The notes under the pieces are model-generated. The model was not told where the DNA came from and searched no databases. It worked only from the letters and a program-made list of their open reading frames with translations. DNA of 64,000 bases, taken from Clostridia bacterium. GTDB taxonomy: Bacteria; Bacillota; Clostridia; Christensenellales; UBA1242. How positions within the stretch are numbered: position 1 is the stretch's first letter; every line of letters begins with the position of its first letter. Where the stretch lies: assembly GCA_016297915.1 (NCBI GenBank), contig JAEDFU010000003.1, positions 8,843-72,842 of the forward strand, given 5' to 3'. Position numbers and translations under genes: made by a program. Positions 10,350 through 20,152 of the stretch are shown one piece after another.

Positions 10350-12572
10350 ATGTTGTTATTTAGTTATTTAATTATTGCCATAGTAACAGGAATACTGTTT
10401 CTGGTTTATTGGATTTTAAAAAAGAAAAACAAATTAACTGGCAAATATCAAAAGATTTTGATGTATGTACTTGCCGGTATGTTTTTCTTACGCTTTATGT
10501 GGCGAAAAGATAGTCTAGCGGATAGCTATCAACTTATTAGCAATAACTTTGATAGCAAAATCCTGAATGTGTATTCAATCATTGTTACATGGTTTACATA
10601 TTCATCAACCCTGATACTAATATTGTATCCTTTCTTTGATATTCACGGCAAAAGTGTCCTTGTTAAATATTTTGTGCTTCCAATGGCAATAATTTCGTGT
10701 ATAAGCTTTTGGATACTTGGAATTGCTATTGACGGAAGAACAGCGTTTGAAGGCTTTAATATACGAATGCTTATTATGTCGTGCGAATTTGCTTTGACAC
10801 TAACTTGTGCACTTATAGTGTTTGTATCAAATGGATATTTTAAATCCCCCAAAGGTCAACTCAAAATCCTATGGTATTTGCCACTTTTGCTTTTGGCAAC
10901 AATGCCTCCATATGTTTTGCAAGGACTTTTTGGTAGGGTTAAGTACAGCGTAGAACTCAAAGGTTTTAGTTTGCCACATCGTATTATTTTGTATTTTGCA
11001 TTTATAATTCCGGTTTGTTTGTATTTGTTGTTTCACAAAAAAGACTCAACGACCAAAAGAGCAGTGCTTTTGTACATTAGTTTGGGAACGCTTATGTCAT
11101 TTAGCTGTGGATACAAATTCCCAGATTTTTTGGATATAACGCATTGGCCATTTCATTTGTGTAATACAGCTATGTATATAGTAGCAATTTGCTTAATTTT
11201 CAAACTGAACAAATTATTTTATTTTACATACTTTATCAATGTCCTTGGAGCTCTGCTTGCAATGCTGATGCCAAATTATTCATCTAGTGCAAATTTGCTT
11301 GATAGTGGGATAGTTAATTTTTATATCAATCACTATATCGCATTCTTCATGCCTCTGCTTATTGTGGCACTAGGAGTTTATGCGAGACCAAAACTCAAAG
11401 AATTTATATATTCCATGGTTGGCTTTCTAGTGTATTTTGTACTAGTTCTCATCTTAAATGCATGGTTTAGCAACTATGGTAGTGTGGATTATTTCTTTGT
11501 TAATAGTGACTTTATAGCCGACAAGCTAGGCAATTGGTGCGAAATAATTAGAGAAAATCATATCTGGCACTTTATGATAGGTAATCTTAGTTTTACATTC
11601 TATCCATTGTATCAGGCACTATTCTTTGTTGTGTATGTAGCACTTGGTGCTGGTGTTTGGTTTGTGTATGAGGGTGCTTATACTTTTGTTGACACATTAT
11701 ATGACATTCAAGCTCGCAAGCAAAAAATCAAACTAGATATGCTAGCACTTGAAGTTGCGCTAAAAGGGAGGGGAAAAGACGAACCTATGAACAAAAATAA
11801 CAAAAACAAATTAGTCTTACAAAACTTTAGCAAACGCTATGGTAAAAGTGATGTTTATGCCGTAAAAGACGCAAACCTTGAAATCAATGGAGGAGAGATA
11901 TTTGGATTTTTGGGTTCTAACGGTGCAGGCAAAAGCACTATAATCAAATCCATTGTTGGCATTCAGCCAATCACAAGCGGAAGTATTGAAGTTTGTGGCT
12001 ATGATGTCAACAAACAATCGGTCATGGCAAAAAAGAATATTGGATTTGTGCCAGACCACTATGCTTTGTACGAAAAACTTACTGGTAGAGAATATATAAA
12101 TTATATAGCTGACTTATATGATGTGAGTTTGGACGATAGAACTAAGGCAATCAATAAATATGTTGAATTATTTGAACTAAATGATGCTTTTGATAATCAA
12201 ATCAAGACATATAGTCATGGTATGAAACAAAAAATTGCCATAATGTCTGCTCTTGTTCACAATCCTAAGGTTTGGATTTTGGATGAGCCACTTACAGGAC
12301 TTGACCCAAATAGCATTTATCAAGTTAAGGTCTGCATGAAAGAACATGCCAAAAAGGGCAACATCGTGTTTTTTAGTAGTCACCTAATTGATATCGTTGA
12401 GCAATTGTGCGACCGTATCGCAATAATCAAAAAAGGCAAAATTCTTACAGTTCAAAATGTGGCTGATATCGAAAAAGATTGTTCTCTTGAGGAGTATTAT
12501 CTTAAGATTGCATCTCAAAAAGTACAACCAGCCAAGGTCAAAGAATCCGAAAAAGTATTACAACAAAATTAA
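10350..12572 (+). CDS. Fusion protein: N-terminal polytopic membrane domain (~470 aa, contains a YwaF/TIGR02206/TMEM164-like H-L-C region) joined to a C-terminal ABC ATPase
   Basis: The N-terminal part has many TM helices and HWPFHLCNTAMY. The C-terminal part has Walker A GSNGAGKST, signature YSHGMKQK, Walker B VWILDEP and an H-loop SSH. Confidence 0.85.
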   Translation: MLLFSYLIIAIVTGILFLVYWILKKKNKLTGKYQKILMYVLAGMFFLRFMWRKDSLADSYQLISNNFDSKILNVYSIIVTWFTYSSTLILILYPFFDIHGKSVLVKYFVLPMAIISCISFWILGIAIDGRTAFEGFNIRMLIMSCEFALTLTCALIVFVSNGYFKSPKGQLKILWYLPLLLLATMPPYVLQGLFGRVKYSVELKGFSLPHRIILYFAFIIPVCLYLLFHKKDSTTKRAVLLYISLGTLMSFSCGYKFPDFLDITHWPFHLCNTAMYIVAICLIFKLNKLFYFTYFINVLGALLAMLMPNYSSSANLLDSGIVNFYINHYIAFFMPLLIVALGVYARPKLKEFIYSMVGFLVYFVLVLILNAWFSNYGSVDYFFVNSDFIADKLGNWCEIIRENHIWHFMIGNLSFTFYPLYQALFFVVYVALGAGVWFVYEGAYTFVDTLYDIQARKQKIKLDMLALEVALKGRGKDEPMNKNNKNKLVLQNFSKRYGKSDVYAVKDANLEINGGEIFGFLGSNGAGKSTIIKSIVGIQPITSGSIEVCGYDVNKQSVMAKKNIGFVPDHYALYEKLTGREYINYIADLYDVSLDDRTKAINKYVELFELNDAFDNQIKTYSHGMKQKIAIMSALVHNPKVWILDEPLTGLDPNSIYQVKVCMKEHAKKGNIVFFSSHLIDIVEQLCDRIAIIKKGKILTVQNVADIEKDCSLEEYYLKIASQKVQPAKVKESEKVLQQN

Positions 12573-12614
12573 AAAACAATAGACTTTTTGAAAAAATCGA
12601 AAAAGGAGGAGAAA

Positions 12615-14264
12615 ATGAGCGGACTCAAAACTTTGTGTAAAATGCAACTTAAAGACCGAATAAACTTGAGTTTTTTGAAAAGTGTCAAAGAGACCATATT
12701 CAAAATTATTTTGTCGATTATTAAATTTGCACTGATTACAATAGTTATATATTTTGGATTCTATATTTTGAGTTACTTAAGACTTGTGTCATTACTACCG
12801 GGCGTTCCCGAAAACTTATTTGAAGTAATTTTTACATGTCTTATGTTGCTGTCAATTATCGTATGTTCGTTTGGACTGGTCAAAACATTGTATTTTGCCA
12901 AAGATAATTTTGTTTTGCTAACAATGCCGGTTGATAGAACTAAGGTTTTTATGTCAAAATTAATAGTATTTTACATATATGAATTTATCAAAAACCTCAA
13001 CTATTTTCTTCCGCTTTTGGTTGCGTATGGAATTATAAACAAGATGCCATTTTATTATTATTTTTGGCTGATAATAGCTATGTTTATAATAACACTTATT
13101 CCAGTTTGTATTGGTGCACTTCTGTCTATTCCACTTATGTATATTCAAAATTTTGTCAAATCTTACAAGTTTTTGGAATATGCATTGGTAGTAGTATTAA
13201 TCGCAGGCGTAAGCATTGGACTTATTTTGCTTATTAATGCCATTCCTGCCAATTTTGATTTGATAGGCACTTGGGGGACGACATTTTGGAATATTCAAAA
13301 CTTTCTAAATTCTTTTAACAAAATATTCTTGCCATTCACATGGATGGCAATAGCAATAGTTGGCAAGAGATACGGTATCTCAAACAATCTCTTTAGGCTT
13401 GACCAGTGGCTTGCTATACTTATAATTTTAGGGGGAATTGCGATTGTTATTGGGCTTACATATCTAATGGTAAGACCGATGTATTTTCGTATGGCAAGCA
13501 CGCCATTTGAGTACAAAAAATCCAAGGTCACCAAAAATATTCCTAATATCAAGCACAATGCATTTTGGTCTAGCGTTATCAAGGACTTCAAATTAAACTT
13601 TCGAACACCAAGCAAATTTTATTCACTGGTGGCTGTAATTATTGGACTTCCTACATCAATCTTTTTGCTTAACAAAATTTATTCTGCAATGGATACACGA
13701 CTTACTGGAACAAACATGTCAATTGCATTCAATATCATGTTAATATTGCTAATAGCTCTCTCATCAAATACGGCACTAGCACATATTTATAGCGAAGAGG
13801 GCAACGCAAGATATCAACTCAAGACCAATCCAAAACCTCAAATTAATTCGTTGATTTCCAAACTCTTTATCAATGCATTTGGCATGACATTGTCGATTTT
13901 AGTTACAGTAATAATCTTTGCTAGTTTTCTCAAAATCAATATAATTAACACTATTTTAATTTTTGTATTTGTTGAGAGTTTGTATGTTGGGCACTTGCTT
14001 CATAGCGTTGAACTTGACATTATGAATCCGCAAACGCAAAGGTATCAAACTGAGGGCGACAATCTCAGCAATCCAAATGATATCAAATCGGTTATTTTTG
14101 CATTTTTGTTATCAATAATTTTTGCTTATGCCACATATTTTTTGATAAGCGAAAATATGTATGTTGTTTGGGCAAAAGTTATGTTCGTGGGCGTCTTGTA
14201 TATGCTAATTAGAACATGGCTATTTGTAAACAAAATCAAGGTTTATTATAAGGAGGTAGGATAA
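12615..14264 (+). CDS. Polytopic membrane protein, putative permease partner of the upstream ABC ATPase
   Basis: More than 10 predicted TM segments. AAGGAGGAG RBS lies 5 nt before the ATG at 12615. It follows the ATPase closely and is coupled to the next gene by ATAATG. Confidence 0.75.
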   Translation: MSGLKTLCKMQLKDRINLSFLKSVKETIFKIILSIIKFALITIVIYFGFYILSYLRLVSLLPGVPENLFEVIFTCLMLLSIIVCSFGLVKTLYFAKDNFVLLTMPVDRTKVFMSKLIVFYIYEFIKNLNYFLPLLVAYGIINKMPFYYYFWLIIAMFIITLIPVCIGALLSIPLMYIQNFVKSYKFLEYALVVVLIAGVSIGLILLINAIPANFDLIGTWGTTFWNIQNFLNSFNKIFLPFTWMAIAIVGKRYGISNNLFRLDQWLAILIILGGIAIVIGLTYLMVRPMYFRMASTPFEYKKSKVTKNIPNIKHNAFWSSVIKDFKLNFRTPSKFYSLVAVIIGLPTSIFLLNKIYSAMDTRLTGTNMSIAFNIMLILLIALSSNTALAHIYSEEGNARYQLKTNPKPQINSLISKLFINAFGMTLSILVTVIIFASFLKINIINTILIFVFVESLYVGHLLHSVELDIMNPQTQRYQTEGDNLSNPNDIKSVIFAFLLSIIFAYATYFLISENMYVVWAKVMFVGVLYMLIRTWLFVNKIKVYYKEVG

Positions 14265-14707
14265 TGAAAAAATCCACACTTATAATGATAGCCATCGTGT
14301 ATATTGCTTCAATTGTTGTTATATCTATATTTGGAATGAAATCGGTTGTATATAATGAGGTTATTCCAGTTACAAAAATTGAATGTCTCAATCAATCGGA
14401 CGACAAAACTCAAGTTGAATATGACGGAGATATTAAGGTCATATCCGTGGAGTACAAAAAACCCGGCAATGCCGAAAATCTAACCGGTACAATGGTACAG
14501 CTTAGTTGGAGGGTTTTGCCAGATAATGCAAGCAACAAAAAAGTTAAATTTGTTCGTAATCAAACTAGTCGTGCTGAATTTGTCAAAGACGAAGCAGGCA
14601 ACGAGGTTGGGCTAATTTTGTTTACAGGCAAAGTTGTTTTGAATATAAAAATTATGTCAACAGATGGAACACAAATTTTTGATGAAATAGTTGTGTGGGC
14701 ATATTAG
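14264..14707 (+). CDS. Membrane-anchored protein with a single Big_2-like Ig domain
   Basis: N-terminal TM helix. LSWRVLPDNASNKKVKFV…GKVVLNIKIMSTDG resembles a Big_2 domain. GGAGG RBS, and its start overlaps the upstream stop. Confidence 0.7.
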   Translation: MKKSTLIMIAIVYIASIVVISIFGMKSVVYNEVIPVTKIECLNQSDDKTQVEYDGDIKVISVEYKKPGNAENLTGTMVQLSWRVLPDNASNKKVKFVRNQTSRAEFVKDEAGNEVGLILFTGKVVLNIKIMSTDGTQIFDEIVVWAY

Positions 14708-14804
14708 GAGGTGTAAATTTTAGGAATTAATATCGAAATTTTAAACAAAATAAATGAAGGATACCAAATTATAGATTTCTTCAAAATCAAAAGGAGATAA
14801 AATC

Positions 14805-17411
14805 ATGAAAAGAGTTACAAAAATATTCGTATCTGTTCTTGCCATTATGTGCTTTGGATTTGTACTTTCGGCATGTAAGCCAAAGATTGAGAGTGCTCAT
14901 GTCAAAAATGGAACACTCGAAACAACTATCGCCAAGGGCGAAGAACTAGATACTTCCAAAACTATTGTAATAGTTGATTATTCGGATAGCTCCAGCAAGG
15001 AGGTTGAGTCCAAAGACCTAGTATTTGGTCAAATTGATGTTAATGTTTTAGGCACACAACAACTCAAAATTTCTTATGGTGATTATAGTTTTGAAGTGCC
15101 AATCAAAGTCGTTGCAACCGAAGCCGATGTAAGCACTATTACATCACTTAATAGTAGATTGCTCAATGAATTTAACGCCAACAAAGATGTTCAAAGCGCC
15201 GATAGCAAGGGCTTGGAGTTTGTAGATAGAACACAAATTCTTAGAGTTGGTGATGACAATCCATTCAACTTTAGACTATTTGCATCAGGTATAGATGGTG
15301 CAGGTGTTAGAAGAACAAATATTACACGCGTAAGAACAAATATCAAAGTTGAACAAAAAGATGGCCAAACCTACAACGAACTTACTGGAGAGGCACTTAA
15401 TAATATAGTTGATATAGAGACAGTCAATACTACTTTAGATTTCAAAGAAACTGCCATTGGCAAAAAATTTAGAGTAACTGTATCTGCTGATAATGTTGAC
15501 GCAGATTATTTGGAAGAGGGTGGTGCAACAACATCATTTTCGACCGAACTTGAAGTAGTTGACGGTTATAATGTGTACAATGCCAAAGATTTGTCTTTGT
15601 ACGACAATGTGCATGATAGTTATAATTCAATTAGACCTACAGACCAACCAGTCAAAGCACTTATTCTTCAAGACAATATCGTTATAACCAAAGACGATGT
15701 TAGAAAAGATGCTTTTTGGTCAGAGAGTTCACCAAATTATAGAAATGACCTAAATAATTTAACCGACCAAACTGTTATTGGTTCGCCAATTGATAATAGC
15801 GAGGACGGAATTTATCATAGAACATTGGCAGACGGCGAAACTTTTGATTTCGTTGGAAATTACTTTACAATAGATGCCAAAAGTTTTCCAAAGATGGTGT
15901 TGGAATTTACAAACCCAACAAATGGCGTTAATGTTAAAGAATCCGACTATATGACAGCTCACTTGTCACTATTCTATAATGACGCACTTGCATCTAATCC
16001 AAATGCAAGCACTGTAAATTGGTCAAATATTCACTTTGTTGGAAATGGCGAACTAAATGCTCAACCCGAAAATTCCGGTGCAATCATTTTGTCCAAAGCC
16101 AAAGTTGTCAACTTTAATGCAACCAACAATATTACTCACTACTTTTATATTACAAACTTCTTCACTTATGAAGAAGATTTGAGAGCCGACCAAGGCAATA
16201 ATGTTTTGCTTAATTGCAAGGCATTCCAGTCTTATCAAACTCTTATCTATACTTGGGGTGTAAAAAGTCTCAAAATAGTCAATTGCGAACTAAGAGATGC
16301 TGGTGGTCCAGTTATGATTGTCGACCATTGCAAACAAGACGACAACGATACAACTGGCACTACAGGTTATACAAGTTCAATAGACATCATCAACTCTAAT
16401 CTTGAATCCAAGGTAACTGGCAAAGAGCCTTGGTTTACAGTTTATGGAGCAGGCGAATTGTTTGGTCAATTAGCGATGGCAGACCAGTTGTTTACAGGAA
16501 TAGATCCTCAAGGCAAACCAAACAATCTTCCACAAAACGATGTTACAATGACTGCCGGATATGCCAACGATAATGGCAATATGGTTCCTAAGGTTAACCT
16601 CGTAGCAGTTATGAAGAGCGGATCTAATCAAGGTTTATCTTCCAAGCGTATCAAAGGTTATATTAGAGTATTTGATAGCCAAAGTGACTATGACAAATAT
16701 TACGATAGCCAAAATCCACAAATTACAACATATGGACTAGATATGTCAAATAGTACAGTGGTAGACAGGGTATTCAATGATCCTACCGGAAGTATTTATT
16801 TCGAAAGCAACAAATCCGGTGGTTACATTAATTCAAATGTTGGAACAAATAGCGATGTGACAATGCAATCGGATAAGAAAGTTAATGAATTGTATGCAGG
16901 GATTGCTGATGGTATGCAAAAAGCAAAATTCCCAGTGACACCTTCACAAGATCAGTTTGACCAGTTGAATTTTGAACAAAAGAAAGGTGCAATAGCAAAA
17001 ATGATTCAGGGTATTGGCAGCATATCTGGTCTTCCAGAAGCAAACAAAATTGTTTTCTTAGATCAAATTTATGAATCTGCCAAAAATTTGGCATTCAAAG
17101 AAATTCTTGAATGGGATAATACTTTAACTCAATCCGCAATTGAGAATGAAATTGCAAGACTAACCGCCTTGAAAGCAGAAACAAGCAACAAAGAAGAAAA
17201 AGCCAAAATTGAAGCTAGAATTGATCAACTTGAAAAGTTACAACCAGCAACCGAAGATCAAGCAAATGTTAATGAAAAAGTGAGACTTCTTACAAATGCT
17301 GTAGCTTCAATCAAGCCAGATGCTTCTTATGCCGACGGAAAATTCACCAATATTTATATCTTTAATGGTATGGGTGTAATGGTTCAAATGTATCCAAAAA
17401 CCAAAGCGTAA
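14805..17411 (+). CDS. Large lipoprotein with an N-terminal Big_3-like Ig domain and a C-terminal coiled-coil tail
   Basis: Lipobox FVLSAC. The pattern …LDTSKTIVIVDYSDSSSKEV…GTQQLKISYGDYSFEVPIKV is Big_3-like. No catalytic motif recognised. Confidence 0.8.
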   Translation: MKRVTKIFVSVLAIMCFGFVLSACKPKIESAHVKNGTLETTIAKGEELDTSKTIVIVDYSDSSSKEVESKDLVFGQIDVNVLGTQQLKISYGDYSFEVPIKVVATEADVSTITSLNSRLLNEFNANKDVQSADSKGLEFVDRTQILRVGDDNPFNFRLFASGIDGAGVRRTNITRVRTNIKVEQKDGQTYNELTGEALNNIVDIETVNTTLDFKETAIGKKFRVTVSADNVDADYLEEGGATTSFSTELEVVDGYNVYNAKDLSLYDNVHDSYNSIRPTDQPVKALILQDNIVITKDDVRKDAFWSESSPNYRNDLNNLTDQTVIGSPIDNSEDGIYHRTLADGETFDFVGNYFTIDAKSFPKMVLEFTNPTNGVNVKESDYMTAHLSLFYNDALASNPNASTVNWSNIHFVGNGELNAQPENSGAIILSKAKVVNFNATNNITHYFYITNFFTYEEDLRADQGNNVLLNCKAFQSYQTLIYTWGVKSLKIVNCELRDAGGPVMIVDHCKQDDNDTTGTTGYTSSIDIINSNLESKVTGKEPWFTVYGAGELFGQLAMADQLFTGIDPQGKPNNLPQNDVTMTAGYANDNGNMVPKVNLVAVMKSGSNQGLSSKRIKGYIRVFDSQSDYDKYYDSQNPQITTYGLDMSNSTVVDRVFNDPTGSIYFESNKSGGYINSNVGTNSDVTMQSDKKVNELYAGIADGMQKAKFPVTPSQDQFDQLNFEQKKGAIAKMIQGIGSISGLPEANKIVFLDQIYESAKNLAFKEILEWDNTLTQSAIENEIARLTALKAETSNKEEKAKIEARIDQLEKLQPATEDQANVNEKVRLLTNAVASIKPDASYADGKFTNIYIFNGMGVMVQMYPKTKA

Positions 17412-17612
17412 GAGCTTGGGGCGGCGATAATAGCACTTAATTTTTAACAATATAAAATTAACATTGTATCACACTATAAAAAACAATCAAACGACTTGGA
17501 TTTTTAAAAAACAACTAAAAATTACCAACAAATTGTATTGGTAGGATTGTTAAGTTAGTAAGGAATAGGGGAAATAGAAATCTTGTCAAATAAAAAATAT
17601 AGGAGAAAAAAG

Positions 17613-18524
17613 ATGCAAAAAACAAGAAAATCAAAGTTCTTAGCAATAATTGCAGCAATAACATTGTGTTTACCACTCGCACTTCTATTGACGGCATGTG
17701 GAGGGACAAAGAAACAAGTAAATACAAATTCAAAAGAAATGTATGCACTATCAGCCATTTCAAGTGCAATTTATCTACAACATGAACAAAACAGCGTTGT
17801 AAAAAGTATGAAAGCAGTAAACCTTGCACAAACACAAACAGAAAAGCCTGCAAGTATTACTGATGAAGACCTAGCTGGGACAGAAAGTTGCCTAACAATG
17901 TTTGGAGATGTTATAAAAAACAATGGTTATACTCAAACAGTTGAAAAAAATACAGATTCTTCAGAAGAGCTTAAAAAATACAATTTTGTTATGACAATCT
18001 CTATCCCAAACTTATCAAACATAGGCGTATATAAACTTTATTATGATGAAATTGCTACAGAAACTCAAGTTGAAATTGAAGATGAGGAAACCGAAACTGA
18101 AATTTCAACTACACTGGAAGGCGTTTTAATTGCTAATGAAACCCATTTCAAAGTTGAAGGCAAAAAAACAATTGAAACCGAAGGCGATAATACAGAGTAT
18201 TCAATTGAGTTCAAAACTTACTTTGACGAAAACAATTATGTTGTTGTTGAACAAAGTTCAGAAAATAATGAGCATGAATATGAGTATGAAATCTACAAAA
18301 AAGGAGTAAAAGTTCAAAAAATCGAAATTGAATTTGAAAAAGAAAACAATAAAACTGAACTTAAATTTGAGCTTGTAAACATAAATTCAGGTATTAAAGA
18401 AAAAACTATTTACAAAATTAAGTCAGCAGATAATGAACTTTTTGAAATTTCTTTGAATAAAAACGGCGTGATACAAACTTTTCAAGCAAAAATTGTTGAG
18501 GGCAAAATAAATTTCATGTTCTAA
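17613..18524 (+). CDS. Acidic lipoprotein, unknown function
   Basis: AGGAG RBS before the ATG at 17613; signal peptide with lipobox LLLTAC; E/K/T-rich mature part. Confidence 0.75.
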   Translation: MQKTRKSKFLAIIAAITLCLPLALLLTACGGTKKQVNTNSKEMYALSAISSAIYLQHEQNSVVKSMKAVNLAQTQTEKPASITDEDLAGTESCLTMFGDVIKNNGYTQTVEKNTDSSEELKKYNFVMTISIPNLSNIGVYKLYYDEIATETQVEIEDEETETEISTTLEGVLIANETHFKVEGKKTIETEGDNTEYSIEFKTYFDENNYVVVEQSSENNEHEYEYEIYKKGVKVQKIEIEFEKENNKTELKFELVNINSGIKEKTIYKIKSADNELFEISLNKNGVIQTFQAKIVEGKINFMF

Positions 18525-18566
18525 AACAATTACATTTTAATAAAATTTTATAATTTTTATTATAAT

Positions 18567-18630
18567 AAATACTCCTGGTAGCTGAAGTGCACCCTGCGTG
18601 GTTCACTTCAGCTACTAGGAGTATTTTTTG
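18567..18630. terminator. Long bidirectional terminator hairpin between convergent genes
   Basis: Stem of about 22 bp, AAATACTCCTGGTAGCTGAAGTG / CACTTCAGCTACTAGGAGTATTT, followed by a T-tract. Confidence 0.75.
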
Positions 18631-18648
18631 GTGAATAGCTTTTTTTAA

Positions 18649-19002
18649 TTAGTAGTGGCTTTTGATTTTTTCTAGATAAAAATCCACTCCGTTTATCATT
18701 ATATTATTAATGAATTTGTTTGTAGCCTTGTAAAATATGTATTTATTGCGTCTAGTCGTTGTGACAGCACCGTTGGACTTGAGGATTTTGAGTTGGTGGC
18801 TAAGAGTTGTTTGATTGATGTCAAGAAGTTTGGACAAATCATTAACACACATTTCGCATGTGAGTAGAGATATAAGTATCTTTAGTCTAGTGCTATCCGA
18901 AAATACACTATAAAAGCCAGATAAATTTGAGCATATTTGATCACTAGGTATGCTCTCTTTGATAAGTGTTTGAGTGGATTTTTCCAAAAATACTGGTTGC
19001 AT
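18649..19002 (-). CDS. ArsR/SmtB-family metalloregulatory transcription repressor
   Basis: FSDSTRLKILISLLTCEMCVNDLSKLL…QTTLSHQLKILK: winged HTH with a CxxC-type alpha-3 metal site. Confidence 0.85.
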   Translation of the reverse strand: MQPVFLEKSTQTLIKESIPSDQICSNLSGFYSVFSDSTRLKILISLLTCEMCVNDLSKLLDINQTTLSHQLKILKSNGAVTTTRRNKYIFYKATNKFINNIMINGVDFYLEKIKSHY

Positions 19003-19147
19003 GGGGATTCTCCTTTTTACAAACTATAGTGGATTTGAAATATGTCTTACAGATATTTTAGCAATTTTATTTTATTTTCGAAAATAAGCACAAAATAATT
19101 TTTTGTAGCATAATAACTAAAAAGAGAATATTTTGGGGGAAATGTAT

Positions 19148-19372
19148 ATGAGCAATGATATACTACTTATTTTGTTACTGTCTATCCTGTCTAGCCCAAC
19201 TGACGAAAATGGAGAGGTCGAATATGCAAGCAATACAAACTTTTTGTTGCTACTTCTACTTGTGCTCAATAGTAGTCGAACACTAGATAATCTATGTAAC
19301 TACGGAACTTGCTATCCAAATAGTTGCAATAGGTGTAATGGCGGAAATAATATAATTTCTTTGTTTAACTAA
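19148..19372 (+). CDS. Hypothetical small hydrophobic protein with a C-terminal Cys4 cluster
   Basis: GGGGGA RBS lies 7 nt before the ATG at 19148. It has two Leu-rich segments and then CNYGTCYPNSCNRC. It is divergent from the ArsR gene. Coding status is uncertain. Confidence 0.35.
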   Translation: MSNDILLILLLSILSSPTDENGEVEYASNTNFLLLLLLVLNSSRTLDNLCNYGTCYPNSCNRCNGGNNIISLFN

Positions 19373-19562
19373 AAATTGTGTCAAAAAGTTTGTGACACAC
19401 ATAGTATGAAGTGTATAGGCAGTAAACCAAATGAAATATTGAATTCCCTAATAAGTAAGCCTATACCTTTCCCTTAAACACAACCAATCAGCAAATACCT
19501 CAAGCCGTATGGATGTGGGAAATAGGATTTTTACAAAAGACAAAGATTGGTTGTTGTATCAT

Positions 19563-19597
19563 AAAAAAGCAAGCAAAGCAAATTTGCTTGCTTTTTA
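19563..19597 (+). terminator. Rho-independent terminator or attenuator
   Basis: GCAAGCAAA-gcaa-TTTGCTTGC followed by T5. Confidence 0.6.
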
Positions 19598-19676
19598 CTT
19601 TATTTGGAAAGGCGCAACTTACATAATTAAACAAATTTCGAGCAAAATAAACTAAATAAACATGGGAGGTAAAATT

Positions 19677-20105
19677 ATGGACGCAAATCTAAAAAAAGTA
19701 CTACTCATTGTTATTTACTACTCACTTATTGCCGTAATGGTTGCTTTTGAAGTATTCTTTATGATAACACTTGCAAATGCAAGCATGGCTACATGGGAAA
19801 AGGTTGCTTACTTTATCCTAGCAGGACTTCTTGTAGGTGTAGTGGTTTATGATATAATTTGTACTTGTATGCAAACTCAAAAATACATATCCGGATTTAT
19901 CCTATATGTAGTTACTGCATGTGTTGCGATTTTGAGTTTGATTGTAATGGCATTAAATTCTGCCAACGGTAGACTACTAATTGACATTAGCGAGAGATTC
20001 TTTAGAATAATTTTATTTAGTTATCTTATTAATGCTTTTGCTGTTCTTATCTACTGTACTGGCGAAAAGCTTATCATCAACGCTACAAATAGAGCAAAAA
20101 AATAA
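19677..20105 (+). CDS. Small 4-TM membrane protein, unknown function
   Basis: GGGAGG RBS lies 7 nt before the ATG at 19677; four hydrophobic helices. Confidence 0.65.
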   Translation: MDANLKKVLLIVIYYSLIAVMVAFEVFFMITLANASMATWEKVAYFILAGLLVGVVVYDIICTCMQTQKYISGFILYVVTACVAILSLIVMALNSANGRLLIDISERFFRIILFSYLINAFAVLIYCTGEKLIINATNRAKK

Positions 20106-20152
20106 GTTCAATCAAGAGTCTAAGACAAAAAATTTTGTATAATTTTTTGGCT

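Noticed and set aside
17523-17543. TACCAA-N9-TTGGTA inverted repeat upstream of the acidic lipoprotein gene, sharing half-sites with the XRE operators at 58194-58261
   Set aside because: The half-site spacing differs (9 nt versus 0-2 nt), and a 6-bp half-site match is weak evidence. It is more likely a simple hairpin or coincidence.
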